This document shows, in pieces, positions 12,501 to 24,500 of a stretch of 32,667 bases of DNA; positions within the stretch are counted from its first letter, which is position 1; each line of letters begins with the position of its first letter. A program made the translations under genes and the position numbers. Below the pieces are notes generated by a model. The model was not told the DNA's origin. It saw only the letters and a program-made list of their open reading frames with translations, and made no database searches. The stretch spans positions 1 to 32,667 of the forward strand of contig NMRA01001267.1 in NCBI GenBank assembly GCA_002633005.1, given 5' to 3'. Origin of the DNA: Phoronis australis (Eukaryota > Animalia > Phoronida).

Positions 12501-15500
12501 GCCTTTTATTGTCTTAAAATCTGACTTGTAAAATTCCTAACTGTGGTAGGATTCTATTTCATTACCAACTCAAATTGAAGGTGATGTAAGTTGAAGGTGA
12601 TGTGTACTTAGGGCATTTCCAAATACACACTTTAGGGTTGGCCAATCCCAAATCAGAAGCATTTTTTTAAGTTAATGGTCATTTCAATGTTTCCACTGGA
12701 CACCTAACTATGTTTGGTCAAGCATGGTGTGTCACGGTATCTGACATTTTCAAGCTTGAATTTCCTTGCTCTGTTACTAATCCTTGCTCAGTAATAGCTT
12801 GAAAAAGGCTGCTGATGAGTAAGATAATTCAGGTTAGTCCAAAAACATGGAATTACCTTGTTGGACTGTCACCTTTTTCAACATTGAATTGCATGCTTGG
12901 GAAACCTTGCTTCTTGGTAACCAGTGCTGTGCAAGCTTGAATCAGATTGGTAGCCAGTGCCTAACTTACATAATTCTGTCACCAACCAAAACACATTTTC
13001 CTGCCAACTGCCACTAGGAATAAATTTTTGGCTCACCCATGACAACTTAGCTCATGTGCGTTTGTTACACTCTGGTGCTGGCTTGTACATGTATGTTTAG
13101 TGTGGAACCTTGAATAAACTGGGACCAAAAGCTTGAATAATATTATCCAAGCTTGAATAAGGTACTTTTTAGCTTGATTAATCTCCTCAATAGGGATCAT
13201 TACATCATTTGAGATTGATGAATTCAGTGTCATACCCAATTCTTGCAGTATCTCCTCATAGATAATACCATCTGAGCTGATCACCATTTGATGTTCTGAC
13301 CAACATATTTTCTCGCAACCTGTAATTCCATCGCTTTACCTTGTGCTAGCTTCTTCAAATGGCGTCGACCTCTAAAAGCGTCGTTTTTGTGAAAAATTGA
13401 TTAATTGTATGCTGCTGCTTCCAAGCTTGAAGCCAAAACTATTCTCTTGTCCTTCTAAATGGGTACTCAAAATGTAGAGGTTTACGTTCTGCCCTCTGTT
13501 GGGTAATTCTGCAGCCTGTTTGTAAGAATTAGTGTCATTTTGTGCGCTGTGTGGCATACTGATATTTACTAACCCACCAGATGGCGATCAGGTCTTTGAT
13601 TGACAGGCGTTCAGCGCCTCTTATAGATCCAATGTAATACTGACAGGTTTCAACCTACTGGTATGAACAGCGTTTTAACACATTCCTGTTATTGTAATAA
13701 ATTTCCACTGCTGTGTGGTGGGATGTACCAATGCCTTACGAATAAAGACAAACCTTTTGAAATATCAATTGATGAACAAGGACTCCTGTTCCATACATTT
13801 CCCACTACGAAGATGTATCCGTGACAAAGCCAATGGCTACCACTAATAAAAGCGTGATAATTTCTATCCCAGCTGGTGCCAAAACGCTAAAATAAATTGG
13901 TGAATTTTACATAATCAAACAATGGGAGGGGCTGACAGTGGAATTTATTCCTCTGCTTTTAATAAACCACCAAATCTGAATCTGTATCAATTGGAAGTTA
14001 CTTTTATGCTCTCATTACACTAGAGAGTGCCAATGTGAAAAGGATACCGTAATGGCCATTAATGGCTTCAAAATTAAATGCTTTTCCATTTTTAATTTTT
14101 TCCGTAGCTACAATCAGACAATGTTTTGAAAAAAATGTAGGCATTGGCAACAACCTTAAAAGCCCTTGGAAAATGCAAATTACATTTTTAGTAATGATAG
14201 TCCGAAATTTGCGAAAGTTTACCATAGTATGCCGTATGAGATATTACTTGGAGAGAAGTTATCTACTCTTATTGAGGAGTATGGCTGATGTGGGATAAAT
14301 GAACTCTGCAGTTGTCTGGAAAAATACGATATGACGAAAACAAACTTATGACAGAGGTATTTTCATCCCCTCGAGGTTGTGATCCCTATATGTTTTGATA
14401 ATTTGTACTAATCTGGGAGCAAGTGGCTACTGCTGAAATTCCAGCAAACTTGGCATCCACAATATTCTGGCACTTAGTGTTTCGTAAGGTTTGCTGCAAA
14501 TTTATCAAACAAAATGTCTATATAACTATTGAAAAAAGATTCAAAGAACTGCTAGTGATTCTTTCTGAACTCCATTTCAAAGGAATAGAAGTTTTGAGCA
14601 ACAATGAATCAAACAGTCTCAGCATGCCTGTATGTATGCATTGATGATGCTGTTCTTGTATGTATGCATTGATGATGCCTGCAGTGATGATTAGGGTGTT
14701 CACTCTTCAGTATCTGATACCATGATGTAACAGTTGGTCCGGAATACACAAAGAACACAGCACTTGTCCAGCACTATTCTAGTTAAGCTGTTATAACTTT
14801 TCAAATTTATATAAATGTTGTAACTCTTGGTCTGAACACTTGAGAACCGGTTTCAAAAGTTGTAATTGTAGCTTGGTTACGTATAACTCTTAGCGAGGCT
14901 GGTTTAGCAAAAGGTTATTACGATTTTAACCCGGTGTGAATGTGACAGAAAGTTGCAAGTTTTAACTCATTAGGCCGCGCTGCTGTCAAATCTTGTTGGA
15001 ATCAATAGCACACCTGAGGAACTGGGGTGAATTGGAAAGTGATATCACTGATGACTGTTGTCTAAAATTTCGTAGTAAAGGGTTGAAGCAGAGTAGAGTT
15101 CAGCATCTGTCTCGCGGCTAGAAAAATCTAGCAAAAGTCACATTTTCTCATTTGAAGTACATGGCAATATCTCACGTAATCTCGCGAAGTCTTGTTTTTT
15201 AGAGAGGCCGTAACGTAGGTCCTAGCATTACTAAACTCTACCCAGGTTTAACTGTAAGTGTGAATGGCAAAGATTACATTCCAGTTAAACTATGGAAGGA
15301 GTGAAGGGGAGAGGTCTGACCACAGCATAGTTTGTTGGTTGACATTTACTGAGACCACTTACCGTGAACGTTCGGGTTAACGCCCTGGGCGGTTAAATTG
15401 GCAAACCCAAAAAATCGGGGGTGGGCGGTTAACCAGACATGGGCGCTTAAACGTGAAATTTCAAGAAATCCAGGATGGGCGGTTAACCGAACATGGGCGC

Positions 15501-18500
15501 TTATTACGACAGGCAACCTGGGCGGTTAATCTTACCTCGTGATCTAAGTCCCCACAGCACACATGTACCCGGAACGCGTAGCATTTTTCAAAGAGCTTTA
15601 ACGTCAAGTCGCCACATGACGGGAAAAATGTCAACAGCGGATGATCTCAACAAAGGTTCTATTGCCCTCAGATTAGTTATTCACTATTAAATTGAGTTGC
15701 TGAGTAAAAGCCCCGTGCCGTCCTGCGGTCTTGTTACTTTGCCCTGTAAAGCGCAGACGACCATTGACCACGCAGCCTCTACTTGGATTGCTACTATTTC
15801 AAGATGTGGCCTTGCTAAAGTGTGTGCGTGCAAGCTTCACATGTTGTAGAGGTCACCTCGTACTAGCTGTCAAGTTCATAGTCAGAGAGCAGTTGTAATA
15901 AAAGTTTGAAAAACTTAATTCAGATGTTTTTTGTGTTTGGGATGTTTATAGTCGACACTCCGTGACTCAATGACTTTTTCAGCGTATGGTTCTGCGGCTA
16001 GCTGTTTTATCTCGACCGCCTGGCATTGCGCACTTGCCGTTGCGCCTAACATGCTCGGCAAAGAAGTAGGCCCAAGACAAGAATCGGGGTTAAGCGGCTG
16101 TGAGCCACTCGTCAATCAAGAATAAAATTTCGAGCCACGGCATAAATATGTGATAAAGCGTCACAAAACATTGATGGTTCAATTCATTCTTAAACGATCA
16201 CCTTACCAAACTTTGTGGTGGAAAAACATTTATTTTACATGTAAGATGTCCAGATCCTATTTATATCACCTACAATATCCCACTGCGGCACTGTTCGGTC
16301 CCGCTGTTAGCGCGCAATGTCTCAGTCGGCTGACAATCGTGATTCGGAAATGCTTCAAGTAATATAACGGCCTCTTTCAATATGAATATCATTTCAGTTT
16401 TATGGCCAAAGATAGCGGCGGGATTCAGCACGCATGTAGGGCCTGCGTGTGAGTCACCTGTCAATCACATACATGTTGGTGTCAAGGTAGCATGCACTCC
16501 AAAGTGTGGGAACTTGCACGCGTGCACCACTACAAAGTCACATCAAAAGAGAATAGCGACAGTCCTAAGTAACAGAAACGGGCGTGACTGTGTACTTTTA
16601 AGCTGTTGTTACGAAAGACCCAGTTCTTTACAATATTCCTCCGTTGCCATTGTTCCCCAAAACTGCGATGTCAAGTCTATTCAAGCCGATGTTTCCCGGT
16701 TCGATGTTCCCTAAGCCTTTGCCCGTAGCTAGCTGTGTGCATCTCCAGTGGCAGATTTAGAGGGGGCCCAAGGGGGCCATGGCTCCCCTAAAATTCTCCC
16801 AGATTCCATTTGGCAGTACGAGGGTGCGAATGTCTGACGGGCAAAATCCTGGCTAATACTCTGCCCTGGCCCCCCTAACTCAAAATCCTGGATCCGCCCC
16901 TGATCTACCCACTATCGCCAATTTTCAGTCAGTCTACGTCGTAGATATTTCAGACTTGAATGGTAAGAATTTTTGTTCAGGCTGAAACTGGCCAATGCAC
17001 AAATAAAATTATTCTGGATGGCTAAAAAGGGAATGAGGAAACGATAATTCACACAGTCACGCTTACGTGGGGGCTGACGCAAGAAGAAATAAAGAACAGC
17101 CAGCGACATTAGTTAAATCTGCTAACGCCAGTTTGATCAAGATGCAATAAGTGAAAAACAAAATTTGACTAGCAGTTTTTTATTACTTCAAGATAATACA
17201 AATACATGCATTATTGCCTAACTTTGAATTCAGAAATCGATAGCCAGCATCAAAATCGGTAATCGGCAGTAAGGCACTTGTACTGTCCCTTCGGTCGCCA
17301 CACATCCTCTATAACCCGGCAGTTACATTCATCAAAATATTAATGAGAATTTGACATCTTTCCGTGAGTTGTGAGATTTCTTCAAAATACGAGAGCTTCC
17401 CACCTTAAACAGTACACACCATGGATTTTTGCACATTTTGAATTACTGATGGCCACAGACTAAATGTATGACGTAAAATTTAGCTAGACCCATGTTTATT
17501 TTGTGTAATTAGCTCGAAATTTTGATTTTTCTTTCAATTTTGCCAATTTTCACATTTGCCGCCTTGTGACGTCATGGGTTGAACACAAGAGATCAGTGAC
17601 TAGCATTGAACAATAGCGGAGAGCAGGGAATTTGAAAGCGATGACGATTATGAGCAAGAATTGAACAAATACTATGAAGAAACGTACGGCAATGGTGGCC
17701 AGGATGAGGAAATGGGGTTGCACGAAAGCGAGAACAAGTTTAATGTGCTTCCGGCTGCGTACTTTTCTACTTTGAGCCTTACGAACTAGATCCTCCCGCG
17801 AGAGAAGCGGCCTCGGGCTCAGCGAGTCAACCCAGTCATCACAGACTATCCTGAATTAAGAGCTGATGTTTCTGAATGATGAATGTTGTCCTTTATTGAA
17901 CCAGGCCTTCATCGTAACGTCTCCTGTGACTGGAATCGAAACACGAGTCCTCAAAGTGGGCAGAACACAGAGTGGCCCCGGACCGAATCGCTTGGTCCAC
18001 GATGACGTCCCACACTCTCGTTCGGCGCACGAAGCGATGCCACTTCTGCGCAACTTTGGTGTCCTCCGGAACACCGAGACGTTCTCCGCCTGGCTGCTGT
18101 TGCTGCAGCCTCCGGAAACACATCTTTTGATCCCTCTACGAACCTTCTCGACGCTAAATGTACTTTGCTTTCTCTTCACTCTATACACTTTGTCTCTGAT
18201 CCGAACAGTATGGCGAACGACTTGGGTTCAACCCATGACGTTGTACATAATTATCATTTTTTTCAATTTTTGCGTGTTTCTTTATGAGCTGTGCACTAAA
18301 GGCACTGAAATCAAGTAAGATATAATAATAAAATTTATTTTGAGATACTAGAGTCATGTTGTGTACACTTTAAAAGAATTTGGATGGTTGGCAAAACCAT
18401 TGTCACATTTCTCTGGCCTGATTTTTTCGAATATATATTTTATCTAGTGCACTGCAGACGGAAACTCAGCGCGGCAGACAAAGTCGCTGAAAGCGAAGGT

Positions 18501-21500
18501 TTTGACGCCGGTGGTGTTCTTAAACTTTCCAAAAATGGAAAGAAAATAGAGTGACAAAAGCGTTAAAGTATTATATTTTGAAGTGAGTCTATGACCCAAG
18601 ACAATGACTTGTTACTTGTATTGTAATTCACATTGCTAAACCATCGTCTCGGAGGCTCGGCGTTGTTGCGCTCATTGTGATCATCTTTTTCTAAAAGTCA
18701 GGGAATCGCGCATTTCCTTAGCACTGAGCGCTAAATCTTCGTTCTTTAAAAGTCGGGGATGAGCGCTTAACTGAGAGGTGGGCGCTTAACTGGAAATCTT
18801 CAAAAATCGCTGGGGGCACTTAACCGAGCAGTGGGCCGTTAAATCGAAAATCCACCTAAAGTAGGGGGTGGGCGGTTAACTGAGCATGGGCGTTAACCCG
18901 AACGTTTACGGTAAAACTATTGTAAAACACGTCTCAAATTGTTGTGTAGATTAAATGCGATTTGTGGGCTTGGGTAGAACTTGACAGTTTGAAGTTGTTT
19001 TTCTGAAGCCATGCTGGACGTACTCGACTGTGGGGTGTAGTTAGGATTGCCATTTAGGGAGCAGACACAAAAAGGGACTCATTTGTTGTAGGGATCTTAG
19101 ACAACTGAATTTATAACCCGTTGAGCTTCAAATGGTACAAGAACAGATGCCATGTCATCAGAAATGAGTACATCTTTTGTAAGAAAAGTTTTAATAATAT
19201 CAAAAACCTTTCTGTAGGAACCTTTTTGAAAGGAAACTAGCCATGAAAAAATCAGGATCATAAGTGGAAATTAAGTCCTGTATGCCTTTTCTGTCACGAA
19301 TGACCTCTGCAAGCATAAAATAACGGAGTCCAGCCAACTTATTAAGCCTGTTCTCAAAAGTGATTTGCTGGTTTGGGAATAACTTGCTGTCCATTATTGC
19401 TCTACACCTTTCCTGAAAAGTTTGCTTGACCAGATCATGTTACGTATTGAACTTGGCCTCAAATAGCAGTGAAATGTCAGTCCAGAAATCACTTCTAATG
19501 TGAGTTCACAAGCAAGAAGTTGAGATCACTTCATACAGTGAGTACTCCAGTAAAAGGTAGTTTTTGTAGAAACAACTCGCAGGAGCTTTAGATGGCTAAA
19601 ATTGTATAAAACAATTGAGCTTTCAAATGTGTAGTTTAATGAAATCAGGAAGGATGAGGACTCCTTATCACTTCATTGACCTATCAGCCCATTGTTTAGA
19701 CTGCACTTGGGACAACACTCTTATCTGTCCTACTTTTCACACCTTTAGCCCTATAAGGGCCATTTTAGACCAACCAAACTCTGCTGCAAATACAGCGACG
19801 ATGTCAATTGCAAAGTTAGTTGGATTGGCGTCGGTTGCTAATAGAACCATACTTGTCACTTTTAATGCTCGGGTTGTTGAACCAAATATAAATAATCATG
19901 TATATTCGGATAAAAAATGGAATGAAGTGTTTATAGTAATCTTTAGTAATTGAAGTAAGTATCAAGTAATGACGCAATGCATGGCATGCTGGTATTGACG
20001 GTGACTGCTGGTGATACCACTGATGTTAAGTATTCACCCAGCATCAAGGGGTCAATGCTCTACTGTTAAATCTACTTGTTTATTGTGACAATAACTGGGG
20101 ATTTTAGCTTCGATCCAAGATGGAAGCTAACCGACACACCCCTAAACATGGAAGCGTATATGCTGGTGCTCTTTTCAACGGATGTTTTCGTATAGAACAC
20201 AATTGTATATTAAAAGGCCGTATCCTTCCTGCTTGCGTGAATGTTTTGACATTAGGTGATCAACTCTGACAAACATGACACTTATATTTAATAATTGATG
20301 CCCTGTACAGTTTATTTTGGATGGAGTCAAGTGCGAAACGTATTTTGCTTGGTTGAGTCATTGGATTAATAATTTGTGTTTTAAGAAGTCAGTACAAAGG
20401 AAATGTCTCTTTTCTGAATTAACATTTTGAAATAATTTTTGTGGCTCAGACATGTCTAGGTACTTGCTGTACAATTTACTGTGAAATCTCATCCATTTAG
20501 GACACAATATCACGGACAGGTGACATTTTATTTTGTAATTCTTACTTTTTATGCGCCCACGGATTTTGCTGAAATTTGGTGCAAGGGTGTAGAGCATCAC
20601 TAGAACGGTTCTTGGCTCTTTTCAATCTGCCCTGCCCCCTGGGATCAGGGGGTATGGCTTTTTCTGTATTTTGGGGGAAGAGCGTTTGCGGATGATATCT
20701 AGAGAACCGATGTGCTGATTACATTGAACCTTGACAAAGAGGTATATTCTGCGGTGCCTTCCTGTGGCCATTTTGTGTGAGAGCATATGATATGTGGAGA
20801 ACAGAGTGATGGATTTCAATTAAGTTGACACAGGTTTGTTGTGCCGTTGCGCTGGCACCATTAAATTTTCAGGCAGATTTGACCATTGCTGCATTTCCTA
20901 GGGGCCATTTTGTTTTTTGAAGTGTTGTTTGGGAGAAGAGTGTTTCGGGATGATATCTAAAGAACCGATTGATAGATTTCATTGAAACTTGACACCGAGG
21001 TTTATATGATATTGCGCTGGCACCATTTACTTTTCGGGCGGATTTGACAACTACTCTGCCTCCTAGTGGCCTTTTGTTTTTGATATGGGCATTTGAAAGG
21101 GTTGTATGAGGGAGAACCAATTCCGGGTGATGTCAAGAGGACTGACAAACGGATTTCGATAAAACTGGACACAGAGGTATATGATGTCAATGTGCTGGCA
21201 CCAGTTGATTTTCGGATGGATTCGACCACTGAAGCACCTCCTAGTGGCTATTTTGGGAAGAACTTTTCTGGATGATGTCTTTTGAATCGACTTACGGATT
21301 TTAATGTAACTTGCCACAGAGGTATGTGATGGCACTGCGCTATAACCATTGAATTTTTGTGTAGATTTGACTATTGCATCATCTATCACCATTACATTTT
21401 TGTGCAGATTCAACTACTGCATCAGCTCTTATTGGCAATTTTGTTCTCAAGGGTTCTCATGTGTTGTTCGAGGAAAGAGCAATTCTGGATGATATCTAAC

Positions 21501-24500
21501 AAATGATTGACGGATGTCAACAAGAGTTGATACCACAGACATATGTGAAGACAATGTGCCAGACTTTTGTTTTCTGGAGGGATTTGTGCATCACAGCATT
21601 GTGGCTAGGAACTTTTCATGTGTTATTTAGGGGAAGAGTGTTTCTGGATGGTACCAATTGAACCGATTGATGGGTTTCAATGAAAAGTTAAATGGTTCAT
21701 ATGATGACCATATGCCAGCACCATTTTGTTCTCAAAAAGGGGCTTTTCAAGTGTTGTTTAGGGGTAGAGTGTTTGTGGATTACCTGTATAGAACTGACTA
21801 ACAGATTTCAATGAAACTTCACTCAGCAGTATGTGACGACAATGCGCCAGCACTATTTGATTTTTGGGCTGATTCCTAGTGGCCCTTAAGAACATATTGT
21901 ATGTAAATGCACCGTGGGTGCATGTCAACACCCGAGCATTGCTCTTGTTTGTAAGTGATATATAGTACTAGAATGGTGATTTGCCATGTATCGAAATGTA
22001 CTGCGAAATAGCCACCAACAAAATATTTGTGGGCATTCACAACAATGTTGGAAGCCTTTAAAAATGAAAAACTGCAATCGTTGCAATTATTTTGGTCTAA
22101 AATTGATGAGATTTTACTGTAGGTACAGTGCTATCTGGGGGTAGCTCTTTGAGCCTGATCAGCCACCCATCATGTTGTCCTTTTCTATGTCAGTCATTGT
22201 GGGCCAAGTAATCTCTTAGCCTCAGCAAGATCATAGCATTTATCTTATGTACATATTTGTTTAGAAAAGGTTCTGGCAATGACATTAGTTCAGGTGATCA
22301 TCTTGATACGATTCACAAATTGTTTATTATGTTTATGAGAGCCCTGGATTGTATGTTTTCTTGCTTATATTGCATTCAGTTGTGTCCAGGCAAAGTATGT
22401 TCTGATGTCATATTTGTTCTTCCTAAGATACATCATCATTGTGACGTTCTTGGCCTGAATTACAACAAATAGCATGAAATTCTAGTCACCTAATTAGTGT
22501 AATGTCACACTAATTAGATGACTTAATTAATCCGTAGTGACAAAAACAAGTTTCTTCATCCTGGCCTAAAGCTCAAATCTATAAATCATTTCAACTTTCA
22601 ACAAATAGTTGTGAATGTCCACTTTTGAAAGAAATGTTGTCTTGAAGTAGCTATGATACAGACCTTGACTGACAGACCTTGACTGTAGAAAAGTGGTAGT
22701 TTAATGCTTTGTGTCTTCAATAGAAAAAATGAGAAAACAAAATGTCAATTGTTGGCCACATTGTGTGGAGGGCACTAATGAACCTTTCTCCACCTGTCTG
22801 ACTCTCCTTTGATTAGTGTCATTAGAATCTAGGATGTGGGAATTGATTGAAATTGTTACTTAGTTCAAACATGTTTAGCTTCCATTCAATACAATATTTA
22901 AGTAGTAACTTTATTAAGGAAAATGTATATACTAAGGTATTTTTGGTCATATGTGTGCAGCTGTCATCAACCAGTATGTGGTCAATGTGTGAGCATTGTT
23001 TGTATTAATGTAATAAAACTTGAAAAATGTATAAGTGTCAAATCTGGCAACTTTTGGGTGAAATTGAAGAAATTTTTATGCTATACTGCTTTTTTCTTTG
23101 TAAAATGCATGTTTCGAGCAAATTTTTTTAGATGTAAATGTGTTGAAAATACATTGTGTATGAAGTGAAAGTGAAACCGTTAACAGAACCTGTAGGTTGT
23201 TTTTTTTAATTAATAAATCACCCGTTGGTTTACTTTATTTTCAGGAAATAGCCCAAAATTATGGATCTCGTCCAGAGTTATTCCTAGATGGTGCGAACAG
23301 ATTTGATGTGGTCCAAGGAAGACTAGGTTTGATCTTAGTTACCATTTTTGCATCATTGTATAATTTGTGGGATATGTAAAATTATTCCCTCAAGCTCTAA
23401 TTTTAGGTTTTCATCTTTTCTGTTTACTCATTTGTTTTAATCTCACTGATACAGTTGCTGACTAGTGACAAATCAAGTGTCGTTTTATTTCATGTTTAAA
23501 GTAAACAAGTTCTCTGATACTGTGATATTGTTATTAAAGAATCACTTATGGATCATTCCATGCTGTTGGTGGAGTTACAAATGGATTTCTATAATATGCT
23601 GCCCTGTACCAAGTCTTTTATGGCCAAGTCTGTTACGCAACTGATTTTTTAAAATGTTTAGAACTATGCATTGAATGGTTTAATTCATTTTTGCATTCAG
23701 AATGTTTTTATCATCTTTCAAATTATTTTTGGTTTAGAATTTTATGTCAAAATGTTACACCTGTTATAAGATTGTCAGTTATGAGAAACTTAGGGTACTG
23801 TGTCTGTTTTTACAATTGAGAAGCAGTTGGTTTTTATATCCTTGGAATAGGTTGTAATGGCCACTATAAACACATGTTATTATTTTTATTGTTATTATTA
23901 GTGTTATTGTTATAATGTTCCAGGTGACTGTTGGTTGCTCACGGCAACAGCATGCATGTCAGAAAACCCGGAGCTGGTGTACCGCACCATTCCTCGTGGC
24001 CAGGGATTTCACTCTGGATGGTATGCTGGAATGTTTCACTTCCTATTCTGGAGATATGGAAAGTGGGAAGAGGTCATTATAGATGACAGGCTACCAACTA
24101 GCAGAGGTCAACTAGTGTTTGTCCATTCCAGGAAACCTAATGAGTTTTGGCCAGCTCTATTGGAGAAAGCTTATGCCAAGTGAGTTTTGTTAGGACTGGA
24201 TCTATTTTTGAGGTAGAGTGTTGATGCATTTAGCACCGTTGTACTATTGATTTTGTCATCAATGAAATAAGATACGGTAAAAATCCTATTGCATTCAGTC
24301 AGATCTAGAACACTAATTAAAATTAGGTTCACATAGCGGGAATGAAAATGCAGTGGGAATATGAACCATGGTTTTAAATAAAAGTAGTGGGACTATGAAC
24401 CGTGGTTTTAAATAAAAGTAGTGGGAATATGAAACGTGGTTTTAAATAAAAGTAGTGGGACTATGAACCATGGTTTTAAATAAAAGTAGTGGGAATATGA

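Larger units (their letters stand above)
17409..18369. mobile_element. Internally deleted Kolobok-like DNA transposon nested in the Tc2-type element
   Basis: TTAA on both sides (17405-08, 18370-73). Imperfect TIRs ACAGTACACACCATG vs AGTGTACACAACATG. Internal 21-bp inverted repeat ACGTCATGGGTTGAAC(A/C)CAAG. Contains convergent THAP and acidic/Cys ORF remnants. Confidence 0.7.
15362..18911. mobile_element. Non-autonomous Tc1/mariner-superfamily (Tc2/pogo-type) DNA transposon, 3.55 kb, with nested insertions
   Basis: 24-bp TIRs CCGT(G/A)AACGTTCGGGTTAACGCCC (15362-15385 and 18888-18911, 23/24). TA lies on both sides (15360-61, 18912-13). Subterminal TGGGCG(G/C)TTAA arrays occur at both ends. No DDD transposase ORF was recognised inside. 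Confidence 0.85.

Noticed and set aside
13033-14644. Protein-like fragments (13033-13287 minus; ~14230-14644 plus)
   Set aside because: They are interrupted by stops and show no motif I can identify, so they cannot be supported without a search.
14629-14720. C/D box snoRNA (several TGATGA boxes and a CTGA)
   Set aside because: Two of the TGATGA boxes come from a local 22-bp duplication, and there is no convincing terminal stem or recognisable guide.
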